From NCBI GenBank assembly GCA_946614165.1, contig CAMOGQ010000003.1, forward strand, positions 8,056-72,055: a DNA stretch of 64,000 nt, in the 5' to 3' direction. The notes beneath the pieces are model-generated. The model was not told the DNA's origin. It searched no databases and saw nothing but the letters and a program-made list of their open reading frames with translations. Positions 1-9,114 of this stretch are shown piece after piece. A program made the position numbers and the translations under genes. Positions within the stretch are counted from its first letter, which is position 1; each line of letters starts with the position of its first letter. Source of the stretch: an uncultured Lachnospiraceae bacterium (GTDB lineage: Bacteria > Bacillota > Clostridia > Lachnospirales > Lachnospiraceae).

Positions 1-2
1 CC

Positions 3-2186
3 ACCTGGGGCATAGCCTGCAGGCTCAGCGTCTACGACAGATCCACCGGAAAGTTGGGAAATGACGCGGAGTGCGGATATTTTTATGATGATCCCATATA
101 CGGAAAGGCAAGGCAGCGTGTCTGGGGTAACTGGACATACGGTCAGAACGGCCATCTGTCGGATCATCTGAGATGCCATGCGGAGGAGGGCTACGAGTTC
201 GAAGGCTGGTACCTGGTGGCAGCAGGCGGCACGGTGGAAGAGGACGGCATCCTGCTTTCAGACAGCATCGAGGTAGATTATACCCCCGAGAACGGATCCA
301 GTCAGAAGGATAACGAACTTGACATCCTGTATGCGGTATTTGAAAAGAAGCAGTGCAGGGTCAGCTTTGATGCCGGAGAGGGAAGAATCGTTCCCGACGG
401 CGAAGCTGTCCCCGAACAGATCGTTGACTATGGCAGCTATGCCCAGCACCCCGGCGATGTCAGATGGGGAAATCTCTCCACCAGGGGATGGCATACGGCA
501 GAAGATCCAGGTACGTCCTTCAAATTTTCCGATACGCCCATCACAAAGGATACAGTACTTTATCCCAACTGGGTCCTGAACGTGTCTGCCCATGCGGTCA
601 GGCAGGATTCGAACTATTCCAGGGGCGGAGGCACCGTGCAGTTCACAAGCTCATCTCTTGAGCCTCACATGCCGGCAGGGCCTGATACCATTGCCTTTAC
701 TCTGGCCGCACAGGGGACGCAGGTCACCGCAGTGGCCGAGCCCGCAGATGGATATGAATTCGCAGGCTGGGTCGCGGGTCCCGGCCCGGCAGGAGACATC
801 GTATTGACTTCCGGGACATATTCCTTCAGCGCAGAGAGCGATGCTCCCAGCTCGCTGTTCGCTCTCTTTAAGACCAGGACCTGCAAGGTCACCTTTGTTC
901 CCCGAAACGGCGGGGAAGCCTTCTCGCAGACGGTCCCCTGGGGCCAAAAGGCAGTCAGACCAAAAGACCCTGTCCAGGGCGATCTCGTCTTCTCTGGCTG
1001 GAATATCTTTCCGCCGGAGGAACTGACCGAATATGATAAGGCTGTTTTACCCGTGTCCGACGGCGGCGGTGTCTGTGAATTCAGTGAGCCCGTTACAGAG
1101 GATCTGACGCTGTACGCAGTATATGAGTGCTATCTGAATACCCGTGCCTATGACGTGACGGAAAAAGCCTATGACCAGGGCGGACAGGTGAAGAGTTCTT
1201 CCATCCTGACTATGGAGCCCTGGGGCGTTAAGTGGAGATCCTGGTGCTTTGACTGCATTGAGTCAGAGGTACAGGCAAAGGCCGACGAGGGCTATGATTT
1301 CCTTGGCTGGTCCTCCAGCACATCGCCGGACGATATCATCACAGGCGAAGCCCAATATGCGCTTATCCCTTCGGAATATGAAACAGAGCTCTATGCTCTG
1401 TTTGAAAAAGCCCATAAACACAGTCTTGTTCCTACAGCCGAAAAGCCGGCCTCCTGTACGGAGGAAGGCACAGAGGCTTACTGGACCTGTTCTGAGTGCG
1501 GCAGGATGTTCTCCGATGAAGCGGGCACCAGGGAAATAAAGTCACCCGTCACGATCTCCGCCACCGGCCACGACTGGGGCGGCTGGACCGTGGAAAAAGA
1601 ACCCACCGGAACGGAAGAGGGCATCGAAGTCCGCACCTGCAGGAACGATCCCTCCCATAGGGAGAGGAGAGAGATCCCCGTGATCACATACAGGGCTGTC
1701 AGCGGCGACGGCAGCGTGTTTACGAAGGGAAGCGGCAGCAGCCCTGTCTTCGTCTTTAAGAGATCCTTTGCCGACGGGGAGGCCTTCAGCCATTTCACGG
1801 GAATCACTGTGGACGGAGAGACTGTGGAAGAAAAAGACTTTGCGGCTGTTTCCGGCAGCGTAGAGGTCACGCCGGAAGCTTCCTTCCTGGAAACCCTGTC
1901 TCCGGGAGAGCATACCCTTACGGCCCTCTTTGAGGACGGGAATGACGTTACGGTGGGATTTACCGTGAAAGAGAAGAAAAAGTCTTCCCAGAGCGCATCC
2001 TCCGGCAGTAAAAAGGATACAAAGAAGTCGTCAAAGAAGTCTTCAAAGAAGACTGCTGCATCCGGCAGAAAATCGCCGGCCACAGGCGATGACAGCCATA
2101 AAGGGATCTGGACCCTGGCGCTTGCGGCATCCGCTGCGGGCCTGGTCCTGATCCGGAGAAAAAGATATATAAGATCCCGACATTGA
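3..2186 (+). CDS. Sortase-anchored cell-surface protein with InlB B-repeat-like domains (5' end outside window)
   Basis: The frame is open from position 3 (TWGIACRLSVYDRSTGKLGN...), so the TTG at 54 is not the start. It has repeated 'GYEFxGW' and 'V.F...G...F..P.T.D.TLY' modules and Cys-rich 'ASCTEEG...YWTCSECGRMFSD' repeats. A K/S-rich linker is followed by the SPATG motif, a hydrophobic helix and a basic tail (RRKRYIRSRH). Confidence 0.8.
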   Translation, partial: TWGIACRLSVYDRSTGKLGNDAECGYFYDDPIYGKARQRVWGNWTYGQNGHLSDHLRCHAEEGYEFEGWYLVAAGGTVEEDGILLSDSIEVDYTPENGSSQKDNELDILYAVFEKKQCRVSFDAGEGRIVPDGEAVPEQIVDYGSYAQHPGDVRWGNLSTRGWHTAEDPGTSFKFSDTPITKDTVLYPNWVLNVSAHAVRQDSNYSRGGGTVQFTSSSLEPHMPAGPDTIAFTLAAQGTQVTAVAEPADGYEFAGWVAGPGPAGDIVLTSGTYSFSAESDAPSSLFALFKTRTCKVTFVPRNGGEAFSQTVPWGQKAVRPKDPVQGDLVFSGWNIFPPEELTEYDKAVLPVSDGGGVCEFSEPVTEDLTLYAVYECYLNTRAYDVTEKAYDQGGQVKSSSILTMEPWGVKWRSWCFDCIESEVQAKADEGYDFLGWSSSTSPDDIITGEAQYALIPSEYETELYALFEKAHKHSLVPTAEKPASCTEEGTEAYWTCSECGRMFSDEAGTREIKSPVTISATGHDWGGWTVEKEPTGTEEGIEVRTCRNDPSHRERREIPVITYRAVSGDGSVFTKGSGSSPVFVFKRSFADGEAFSHFTGITVDGETVEEKDFAAVSGSVEVTPEASFLETLSPGEHTLTALFEDGNDVTVGFTVKEKKKSSQSASSGSKKDTKKSSKKSSKKTAASGRKSPATGDDSHKGIWTLALAASAAGLVLIRRKRYIRSRH

Positions 2187-2244
2187 GATTTGAGACGGGG
2201 GCGGCAGCTGCCGCCCCGGGATCCGGGAGCATGGAAGGAGAGAC

Positions 2245-2991
2245 ATGGGAAAATCCGCAGGGGGAGAGGCGCTTCGCCTGGACAGGTACCTGGCCGATAT
2301 GGGGGCAGGTACCAGGAGTGAACTGAAAAAAGGGATCCGCTCGGGCCTTGCCCTGGTCAACGGGGAGGTCGAAAAGGATCCCGGACGGAAGGTGACGGAA
2401 AACGACAGCGTTTCCTTTCGGGGCAGGGAGATCTCCTACGAAAAGTATGTCTACTACATGCTCCATAAGCCTGCCGGCGTCATCAGCGCCACCGAGGACA
2501 GACGGCAGAAAACGGTCCTGGACCTGATCGAAGAGGAGGATATGCGGAAAGACCTCTTCCCGGTAGGGCGCCTGGACAGGGATACGGAAGGACTTCTCCT
2601 TATTACCAACGACGGAGATCTTGCCCATGCCCTGCTTTCGCCCACCCGCCACGTGGACAAGGTCTACTATGCAGAAGTGGACGGCCCTCTGGGAGAAGAG
2701 GACGAAAAGGTCTTTGCGGAGGGCATGCAGGTGGAGGAAGATTTCAGGGCCCTGCCGGCCCGCCTGGAAGTAAAAAGCTCCTCTCCTGACAGGTCATCCG
2801 CCCTGGTCACGGTCCGGGAGGGAAAATTCCACCAGATCAAGCGCATGTTCCGGGCAAGGGGAAGAGAGGTCACTTACTTAAAGCGCCTGTCCATGGGCAC
2901 CCTGGTCCTGGACGGGAGTCTCCTTCCCGGTCAGTGGAGAAGGCTGACGAAGGAGGAGATCCGCTCCCTTAAGGGAGGGGAAACAGACTGA
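2245..2991 (+). CDS. rsuA: RsuA-family rRNA pseudouridine synthase
   Basis: N-terminal S4 domain (RLDRYLA), LHKPAG, catalytic GRLDRDTEGLLLITNDG and EGKFHQIKRM. Confidence 0.9.
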   Translation: MGKSAGGEALRLDRYLADMGAGTRSELKKGIRSGLALVNGEVEKDPGRKVTENDSVSFRGREISYEKYVYYMLHKPAGVISATEDRRQKTVLDLIEEEDMRKDLFPVGRLDRDTEGLLLITNDGDLAHALLSPTRHVDKVYYAEVDGPLGEEDEKVFAEGMQVEEDFRALPARLEVKSSSPDRSSALVTVREGKFHQIKRMFRARGREVTYLKRLSMGTLVLDGSLLPGQWRRLTKEEIRSLKGGETD

Positions 2992-3010
2992 AAACGGAAC
3001 TGATTCGGGA

Positions 3011-3049
3011 CAGGCATCCCGCCGCAGAGGGCAGGATGTCTGCTTTTTT
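3011..3049 (+). terminator. Intrinsic terminator after rsuA
   Basis: Imperfect stem CAGGCATCCCGCC...GGGCAGGATGTCTG followed by a T-run. Confidence 0.6.
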
Positions 3050-3143
3050 ATGGAATACCGACAGAATCTGTTATATACTGTCTATAAATTTTGCCGGCAG
3101 GGCAGCCCTGCCTCATGCCGCAGCCATAAAGGAGTCTGAAGCA

Positions 3144-4007
3144 ATGAAGATCATCGATATCCTGAATTCAAAAGAAGTGACCCTGTCCTTTGAAGTATTT
3201 CCGCCCAAGACAGACGCGGGCTTTGCTTCTGTTGCCAGAGCAACCCACAAGATCGCGGACCTGCGGCCTGCCTTCATGAGCGTGACCTACGGGGCGGCCG
3301 GCAGCACCAGCAAGAATACAGCCCAGATCGCCGCCGATCTTCAGAACATATATGACGTTTCCGTCCTGGCCCATCTGACCTGCGTAGCTTCGGACAGGGC
3401 CAAGGTGGCGGAGATGGTCCGTCTCTATCAGTCCATAGGCGTGGAAAATATCATGGCTCTCCGGGGGGATATTCCAAAGGACGGCAGAGTCTGCCATGAC
3501 TATACCTATGCCTCGGACATGATCGCCGACATCCGGGAACAGGCACCGGACCTGTGCATCGGCGGCGCATGCTACGTGGAAGGCCACGTGGAGTGCACAA
3601 GGCAGTCCGACGATATCAAGAATCTGAAAAAGAAGGTGGACGCCGGCTGCGATTTCCTGACCACCCAGATGTTTTTCGACAACAACATGATGTACAACTT
3701 CCTCTATAAGATCCGGGCCGCCGGCATCGAAGTGCCGGTCTGTGCCGGCATCATGCCCATCACCAACGAAAAGCAGGTGGGGAGGTCCGTGGCCCTGTCG
3801 GGAGCCACCATTCCCCAGAGATTCCGCCAGATGGTGGACCGGTTCGGAGACGATCCGGAGAAGATGAAACAGGCAGGCGTGATCTATGCCACGGAGCAGA
3901 TCATCGACCTGATCGCCAACGGCGTGACCCATATCCATGTCTATTCCATGAACAAGCCGGATATCGCAGCCGCCATACAGAGCAACCTGTCAGAGATACT
4001 GAAGTAG
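3144..4007 (+). CDS. metF: 5,10-methylenetetrahydrofolate reductase
   Basis: Motifs SFEVFPPK, SVTYGAAG, AHLTC, ALRGD, KKKVDAG, TTQMFFD and HVYSMN. Start placed at ATG 3144 after the AAAGGAG Shine-Dalgarno (SD) sequence, not at 3036. Confidence 0.95.
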   Translation: MKIIDILNSKEVTLSFEVFPPKTDAGFASVARATHKIADLRPAFMSVTYGAAGSTSKNTAQIAADLQNIYDVSVLAHLTCVASDRAKVAEMVRLYQSIGVENIMALRGDIPKDGRVCHDYTYASDMIADIREQAPDLCIGGACYVEGHVECTRQSDDIKNLKKKVDAGCDFLTTQMFFDNNMMYNFLYKIRAAGIEVPVCAGIMPITNEKQVGRSVALSGATIPQRFRQMVDRFGDDPEKMKQAGVIYATEQIIDLIANGVTHIHVYSMNKPDIAAAIQSNLSEILK

Positions 4008-4009
4008 AA

Positions 4010-4711
4010 ATGAGAAATGCAATTGATGTGATCCGGGAAACGGACCGGAAAGAGGTCCGGCGCTACCTGGGCTATTACGGAAAAAAGGCGGATGCAGCGA
4101 TAGAGGAGCAGATCGGGTTCTGTCTGGAGGAAATGTGCACTGCGGCGGAGCCCGGAGCAGTCTTCAGACGGTGCGGCCTGGTACTTTGCGAAGACGGACG
4201 GATCCAGATCACGGCCCTTCCGGAGGACAGGGTCCAGGGGATTCTGATGGAAACGGCCAGCAAGAGCCTTGCCAGAAACCTGCAGGGCTGCTGCGGAGCC
4301 TATCTTATGGCGGTGACCCTGGGCCAGGGACCCGATCTGGTGGTCAGAAGGGCCGCTGTCCTCAGCCCCGGAAAGATGGTCATCTGCCAGGCGGCGGGAG
4401 CGGCCATGACAGAGGCCTGGTGCGACGAAGTGAACCGGGAGATCCGGGAAGAGGCTTCACGCCTGGGATTTGGCTGCAGGCCCCGCTTTTCGCCGGGCTA
4501 TGGAGATCTGCCCCTGACCCTGCAGAAGGACTTTGAAAGAGCGCTGGAGATGAAAAAGGAGATCGGGATCTCCCTGACAGACTCTCTGCTCATGGTCCCC
4601 ACCAAATCCGTCACGGCCATCATCGGCCTGACCAGAGAGGACACGGACTGTGATTTAAAAGGGTGCGAGAGCTGCAGCAGCGCTGAGGGCTGCAGCTACA
4701 AAAGGACCTGA
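4010..4711 (+). CDS. Stand-alone B12-dependent methionine synthase activation (SAM-binding) domain
   Basis: RFSPGYGD and LMVPTKSVTAIIG motifs with a C-terminal CxxC..C..C cluster. Lies between metF and metH. Confidence 0.85.
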   Translation: MRNAIDVIRETDRKEVRRYLGYYGKKADAAIEEQIGFCLEEMCTAAEPGAVFRRCGLVLCEDGRIQITALPEDRVQGILMETASKSLARNLQGCCGAYLMAVTLGQGPDLVVRRAAVLSPGKMVICQAAGAAMTEAWCDEVNREIREEASRLGFGCRPRFSPGYGDLPLTLQKDFERALEMKKEIGISLTDSLLMVPTKSVTAIIGLTREDTDCDLKGCESCSSAEGCSYKRT

Positions 4712-4728
4712 AAACGAGGAAACACAGG

Positions 4729-7134
4729 ATGAATTTACTGGATAAACTGGGAAAAGAGTGGCTGTTCTGCGACGGCGGCATGGGGACCATCCTGCAGGCA
4801 AAGGGCCTTGCGGGGGGCGAGCTGCCCGAGACCTGGAACCTGAAAAGACCGCAGGACATCCTGGATCTGCACTGCGCCTACCTGGAGGCGGGAGCCGACA
4901 TTTTCAATACCAATACCTTCGGGGCCAACGCCCTGAAATATCCGGATGATCTGGAGGAGATCGTAAGGAGCGCTGTCCGCCTGGCAAAGGAAGCCCGGGT
5001 CCGTACGGGGCGGGAGGACGCCTTTATAGCCCTGGACATAGGTCCTACGGGAAAGCTGCTGGAGCCTATGGGAGATCTGCCCTTTGAAAGAGCCGTGGAG
5101 CTCTTCGGAGAGGTGGTCCGCTACGGTGCTTCGGAAGGGGCGGACCTTGTTCTGATCGAGACCATGAGCGACGGCTACGAAGCCAAGGCCGCCGTGCTGG
5201 CCGCCAAGGAGAACTGCAGCCTGCCTGTCCTGGTCACCACTATTTTTGACAGCAGGGGAAAGCTTCTGACCGGCGGCACCGTGGATTCCACGGTGGCCAT
5301 GCTGGAGGGGCTTAAGGCAGACGCCCTGGGCGTAAACTGCGGCCTGGGTCCCGAGCAGATGTATCCCATTGTAAAGAGGCTGACAGAAACAGCGTCCGTT
5401 CCCGTGATCGTCAATCCCAACGCGGGCCTTCCCAGATCGGAGAACGGCAGGACGGTCTATGACGTGGGACCGGAGGAATTCTCCGACTGGATGGTGAAGC
5501 TGGCATCCCTGGGGATCCAGGTGGCGGGGGGCTGCTGCGGCACCACCCCCGAGCATATCAGAAGGACCATAGAGAAAGTCTCAAAACTGCCCTTTAAGAG
5601 GCCTGTTCCAAAGAAACGGACCATTGTCACATCCTTCTCCCGGGCGGTCGAAATCGGGCCGAAACCGGTCATCATCGGGGAGAGGATCAATCCCACGGGA
5701 AAGAAGAAATTCAAGGAAGCCCTGCGCAGGAAGGATATCGAATATATCCTGTCAGAAGGCCTCCGGCAGGAGGATGCGGGCGCCCATATCCTGGATGTCA
5801 ACGTGGGCCTTCCCGAGATCGACGAGCCGGAGATGATGGAAAGCGTTGTAACAAAGCTGCAGAGCGTTACAGACCTTCCCCTGCAGATCGATACCTCCGA
5901 CCCCGCCGCCATGGAAAGGGGCATGCGGCTCTATAACGGCAAGCCCATGGTCAATTCCGTAAACGGCAAGAGAGAGAGCATAGAGGCAGTCATGCCTCTG
6001 GTGGCCAAGTACGGGGGCGTCCTGGTAGGCCTTGCCCTGGACGAGGAGGGGATCCCCGATACCGCGGAGGGCCGCATCCGGGCGGCGGAGAAGATCTACG
6101 CCGCGGCAGAGGAATACGGGATCCCCAGAGAGGACATCGTGATCGACGGCCTGGCCATGACCATTTCTTCGGATACGGGGTCTGCCGTGACGACCCTGGA
6201 GACTCTGCGCAGGATCCGGGACGACTTCGGAGGCCATACCATCCTGGGCGTCTCCAACATTTCCTTCGGCCTGCCAAGAAGAGAGATCATCAATTCCCAT
6301 TTCCTGACCATGGCCATGACCCAGGGACTTTCCTGCGCCATCATTAATCCGGGAAATGAAGCCATGATGCAGTCCTACCGGGCTTTCCTGGCCCTTCAGG
6401 GCATGGACGAGAACTGCATGGGCTATATCGAAGCCTATGCGGGGACATCCGCCCCTGCCCCTTCCGGCCGGACATCCGCCCCGGGAGCGCCTGCCGTAAA
6501 GAGCGCGGGCGAAGGTGCCATGGGACTTTCCGAGAGCATAGAAAGGGGAATGACAGGAAGCGCGGAGGCGGCAACCAGAGCGGCCCTGCAGGGCAGGGAT
6601 CCCCTGGATATCATTAACGAGGACCTGATCCCGGCCCTGGATCGGGTGGGACAGGGCTTTGAGAAGGGAACCGTCTTTCTGCCCCAGCTTCTTATGAGCG
6701 CGGAGGCGGCCAAGGCGGCCTTCGAGGTGATCAAGGAAAGCATGGCCGGGACCGCCAGAGAAGTAAAGGGCAGGATCATCCTGGCCACCGTCAGGGGAGA
6801 CATCCACGACATCGGCAAGAACATCGTCAAGGTCATGCTGGAAAACTACGGCTATGACATCATTGACCTGGGCAAGGACGTGGCCCCGGAGACCATCGTG
6901 GAAACGGCTATCCGGGAGAATATCCGCCTGGTGGGCCTCTCCGCCCTGATGACCACCACGGTGGTCAGCATGGAGGAGACCATAAAGCTCCTTCGGGAGA
7001 AAAAGCCAGACACTCTGGTGGTGGTGGGCGGCGCCGTCATGACCCAGGAATACGCGGACGCCATAGGAGCCGACTGCTACGCAAAGGACGCCATGGCCTC
7101 GGTCCGTTATGCGGACAGTGTTTTCGGAGCCTGA
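4729..7134 (+). CDS. metH: Cobalamin-dependent methionine synthase (Hcy-binding, pterin-binding, cap and B12-binding domains)
   Basis: DGGMGT, GVNC and GGCCGT (Zn ligands), IGERINPTG, and GDIHDIGKNIV (B12 His ligand). No C-terminal activation domain. Confidence 0.95.
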   Translation: MNLLDKLGKEWLFCDGGMGTILQAKGLAGGELPETWNLKRPQDILDLHCAYLEAGADIFNTNTFGANALKYPDDLEEIVRSAVRLAKEARVRTGREDAFIALDIGPTGKLLEPMGDLPFERAVELFGEVVRYGASEGADLVLIETMSDGYEAKAAVLAAKENCSLPVLVTTIFDSRGKLLTGGTVDSTVAMLEGLKADALGVNCGLGPEQMYPIVKRLTETASVPVIVNPNAGLPRSENGRTVYDVGPEEFSDWMVKLASLGIQVAGGCCGTTPEHIRRTIEKVSKLPFKRPVPKKRTIVTSFSRAVEIGPKPVIIGERINPTGKKKFKEALRRKDIEYILSEGLRQEDAGAHILDVNVGLPEIDEPEMMESVVTKLQSVTDLPLQIDTSDPAAMERGMRLYNGKPMVNSVNGKRESIEAVMPLVAKYGGVLVGLALDEEGIPDTAEGRIRAAEKIYAAAEEYGIPREDIVIDGLAMTISSDTGSAVTTLETLRRIRDDFGGHTILGVSNISFGLPRREIINSHFLTMAMTQGLSCAIINPGNEAMMQSYRAFLALQGMDENCMGYIEAYAGTSAPAPSGRTSAPGAPAVKSAGEGAMGLSESIERGMTGSAEAATRAALQGRDPLDIINEDLIPALDRVGQGFEKGTVFLPQLLMSAEAAKAAFEVIKESMAGTAREVKGRIILATVRGDIHDIGKNIVKVMLENYGYDIIDLGKDVAPETIVETAIRENIRLVGLSALMTTTVVSMEETIKLLREKKPDTLVVVGGAVMTQEYADAIGADCYAKDAMASVRYADSVFGA

Positions 7135-7203
7135 AAATCCTTCGCTCTTCCGGAAGCGGAAGGAGAGAAGGGAACCTGCGCCGGTATTTCATCATACAGA
7201 CAC

Positions 7204-7235
7204 AAAAAGAGCAGCGGCCGCTGCTCTTTCTTTTT
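7204..7235. terminator. Bidirectional intrinsic terminator between metH and the trx operon
   Basis: AAAAAGAGCAGCGGCCGCTGCTCTTTCTTTTT palindrome between convergent genes. Confidence 0.75.
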
Positions 7236-7252
7236 GGTATGGGTTTCGGGAT

Positions 7253-7507
7253 TCAGGCGTCCACGATCAGATAGCGGCCGTCTCCCACGGCGAACACCTC
7301 CGCCGCTTTTAAGGGGTCTTCTCCTTCCAGATCCACGCCGGTCTCTTCGAAGTACTGGCGTACCTGCTTTTTGCTCTTTACGACCTCCGCAAAGACCTCT
7401 TCCAGAAAGGCATCCGCTTCTTCGGGAGTAGAGGCCACCTCCTCCGGGAAGAGCTGGAGCTGGTTCTTTAAAAAGCAGTCCAGGACCTTTTTATCGTATG
7501 TGCTCAT
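7253..7507 (-). CDS. Small acidic hypothetical protein downstream of trxB
   Basis: 84 aa with an AGGAG SD overlapping the trxB stop, so it appears co-operonic. Confidence 0.8.
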   Translation of the reverse strand: MSTYDKKVLDCFLKNQLQLFPEEVASTPEEADAFLEEVFAEVVKSKKQVRQYFEETGVDLEGEDPLKAAEVFAVGDGRYLIVDA

Positions 7508-7517
7508 GAAGCGCTCC

Positions 7518-8432
7518 TTACTTTAACGTCAGCAGATACTTCTCTACGCTGGTCACGGCGTTGGCGCCGTCGGCCACGGCGGTCACCACCTGGCGCAGCT
7601 GCTTGCCGCGGACGTCGCCTGCGGCGAAGACGCCGGGGACGCTGGTCTTTCCGGTCTCGTCGGCGATGATATAGCCCTTCTCGTCCATTTCGATGTGGTT
7701 TTTCGCAAACTCGGAGCGGGGGCTGATGCCCACTGCGATAAAGGTGCCCTGAACGGGGATGGTACGCTCGGATCCGTCCTTCACATTAGTCACGGTGACG
7801 GATTCCACCTTCTGGGTCCCGTTGATGGTCTTTACGACGCTGTTCCAGACCATTTCCACGTTGGGAAGGGAGAGGAGATTCTCCTGCAGGACTTTGGCCG
7901 CCCGCAGTTCGTCTCTTCTGTGGACCACGTATACTTTATTGCAGAGACGGGCCAGATAAATGGCGTCCTCCACGGCTACGTCGCCGCCGCCTACCACCAG
8001 GGTATCCTTCTTTCTGTAGAAGCCGCCGTCACAGGTGGCGCAGTAGGATACGCCGTGTCCGGCGAACTCCTCCTCGCCGGGTGCGCCCAGATGGGAATGG
8101 GTGGCGCCGCTGGCGATAATGACAGCCTTTGCCTCATAGACATGGTCGTCGGTGATGACCTTCTTGACGGGACCTGTCAGATCCAGGGAGGTCACGATGA
8201 CGTTCTCGATGGCGACCCCCAGCTTTTCGGCGTGCTGGGACATTTTGTCGGCCAGGTCCATGCCGGAAATACCGGGCAGGCCGGGATAGTTGTCGATTTC
8301 ATAGGTATCGATGATCTGTCCGCCGCTTACAAAGTTCTGCTCCAGGACCAGGGTGTTCAGCCTTGCTCTGGAAGCATAGATGCCTGCTGTCAGGCCCGCG
8401 GGGCCGGAGCCGATGATTATAAGATCATACAT
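7518..8432 (-). CDS. trxB: Thioredoxin-disulfide reductase
   Basis: IIGSGPAG (FAD), GVSYCATCDG redox motif, VVGGGDVAVED (NADPH) and GVFAAGD. Confidence 0.97.
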   Translation of the reverse strand: MYDLIIIGSGPAGLTAGIYASRARLNTLVLEQNFVSGGQIIDTYEIDNYPGLPGISGMDLADKMSQHAEKLGVAIENVIVTSLDLTGPVKKVITDDHVYEAKAVIIASGATHSHLGAPGEEEFAGHGVSYCATCDGGFYRKKDTLVVGGGDVAVEDAIYLARLCNKVYVVHRRDELRAAKVLQENLLSLPNVEMVWNSVVKTINGTQKVESVTVTNVKDGSERTIPVQGTFIAVGISPRSEFAKNHIEMDEKGYIIADETGKTSVPGVFAAGDVRGKQLRQVVTAVADGANAVTSVEKYLLTLK

Positions 8433-8480
8433 GGTTCTTTCCTCTTTTTATGATTCCCGGGAAGGGGCTGTTTTATGACA

Positions 8481-8801
8481 TCAGCCGATGACAGCGGTAA
8501 ACTTCTTTTCCAGAACGGCCTGGGGAGATCCGCCGATCTGTCTGTCTACCAGCTCTCCGCCCTTGATGAAGACCATGTTGGGGATGCTCATGACGTTGAA
8601 CTGCTCGGCCAGATCGGGGCAGTCGTCCACGTTGACCTTGCCGACCTTGATCTGACCGTCATACTTGTCGGCCAGCTTTGCGATCACGGGGGCCATCATC
8701 TTGCAGGGGCCGCACCAGTCAGCGTAGAAATCCACGAATACGGGGATGTCGCTCTTCATTACTTCAGCTTCAAAATTGGTTTCGTCAAATGTATGTACCA
8801 T
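8481..8801 (-). CDS. trxA: Thioredoxin
   Basis: DFYADWCGPCK active site; 106 aa. Confidence 0.97.
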   Translation of the reverse strand: MVHTFDETNFEAEVMKSDIPVFVDFYADWCGPCKMMAPVIAKLADKYDGQIKVGKVNVDDCPDLAEQFNVMSIPNMVFIKGGELVDRQIGGSPQAVLEKKFTAVIG

Positions 8802-9114
8802 AAGGATCCTTTCCGCACTTTTTGTGCCCTGTTGAATGTTCTTTTCTTATTATAGCTTATGCAGTCCGATTCCGAAATATGCAAAGAACCGGGAACTGTA
8901 TTCACTTGCCTACAATTACATTTTGCACAATTTAATTGTGCTGTCAAGCACTTTCTGCAAAAAAGCATTTTGTTATTTTTTTGTCAGGCATAAGGCTGCT
9001 CCGATTGAAAAGGAAGGAGCGGCGGCTTATAATGAAAGGGATAAGGCCGGCTTATGAGACTGTCAGGAAGCCGGCGCAGCATGCAAAGAGTCAAATCTAG
9101 TAAGGAGGTCCTTT

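Noticed and set aside
2992-3143. Possible SAM riboswitch or Met T-box upstream of metF
   Set aside because: Only a terminator, a TATACT -10 and a short leader are visible; there are no S-box or T-box consensus elements.
6443-6485. Direct repeat GGACATCCGCCCC inside metH
   Set aside because: A short in-frame duplication in a Pro/Ala linker (TSAPAPSGRTSAPG).
8970-8987. Rex box upstream of but (TTGTTATTTTTTTGTCAG)
   Set aside because: It is biologically plausible, but the right half-site matches the TTGTnAA-N4-TTnACAA consensus poorly and the region is T-rich.
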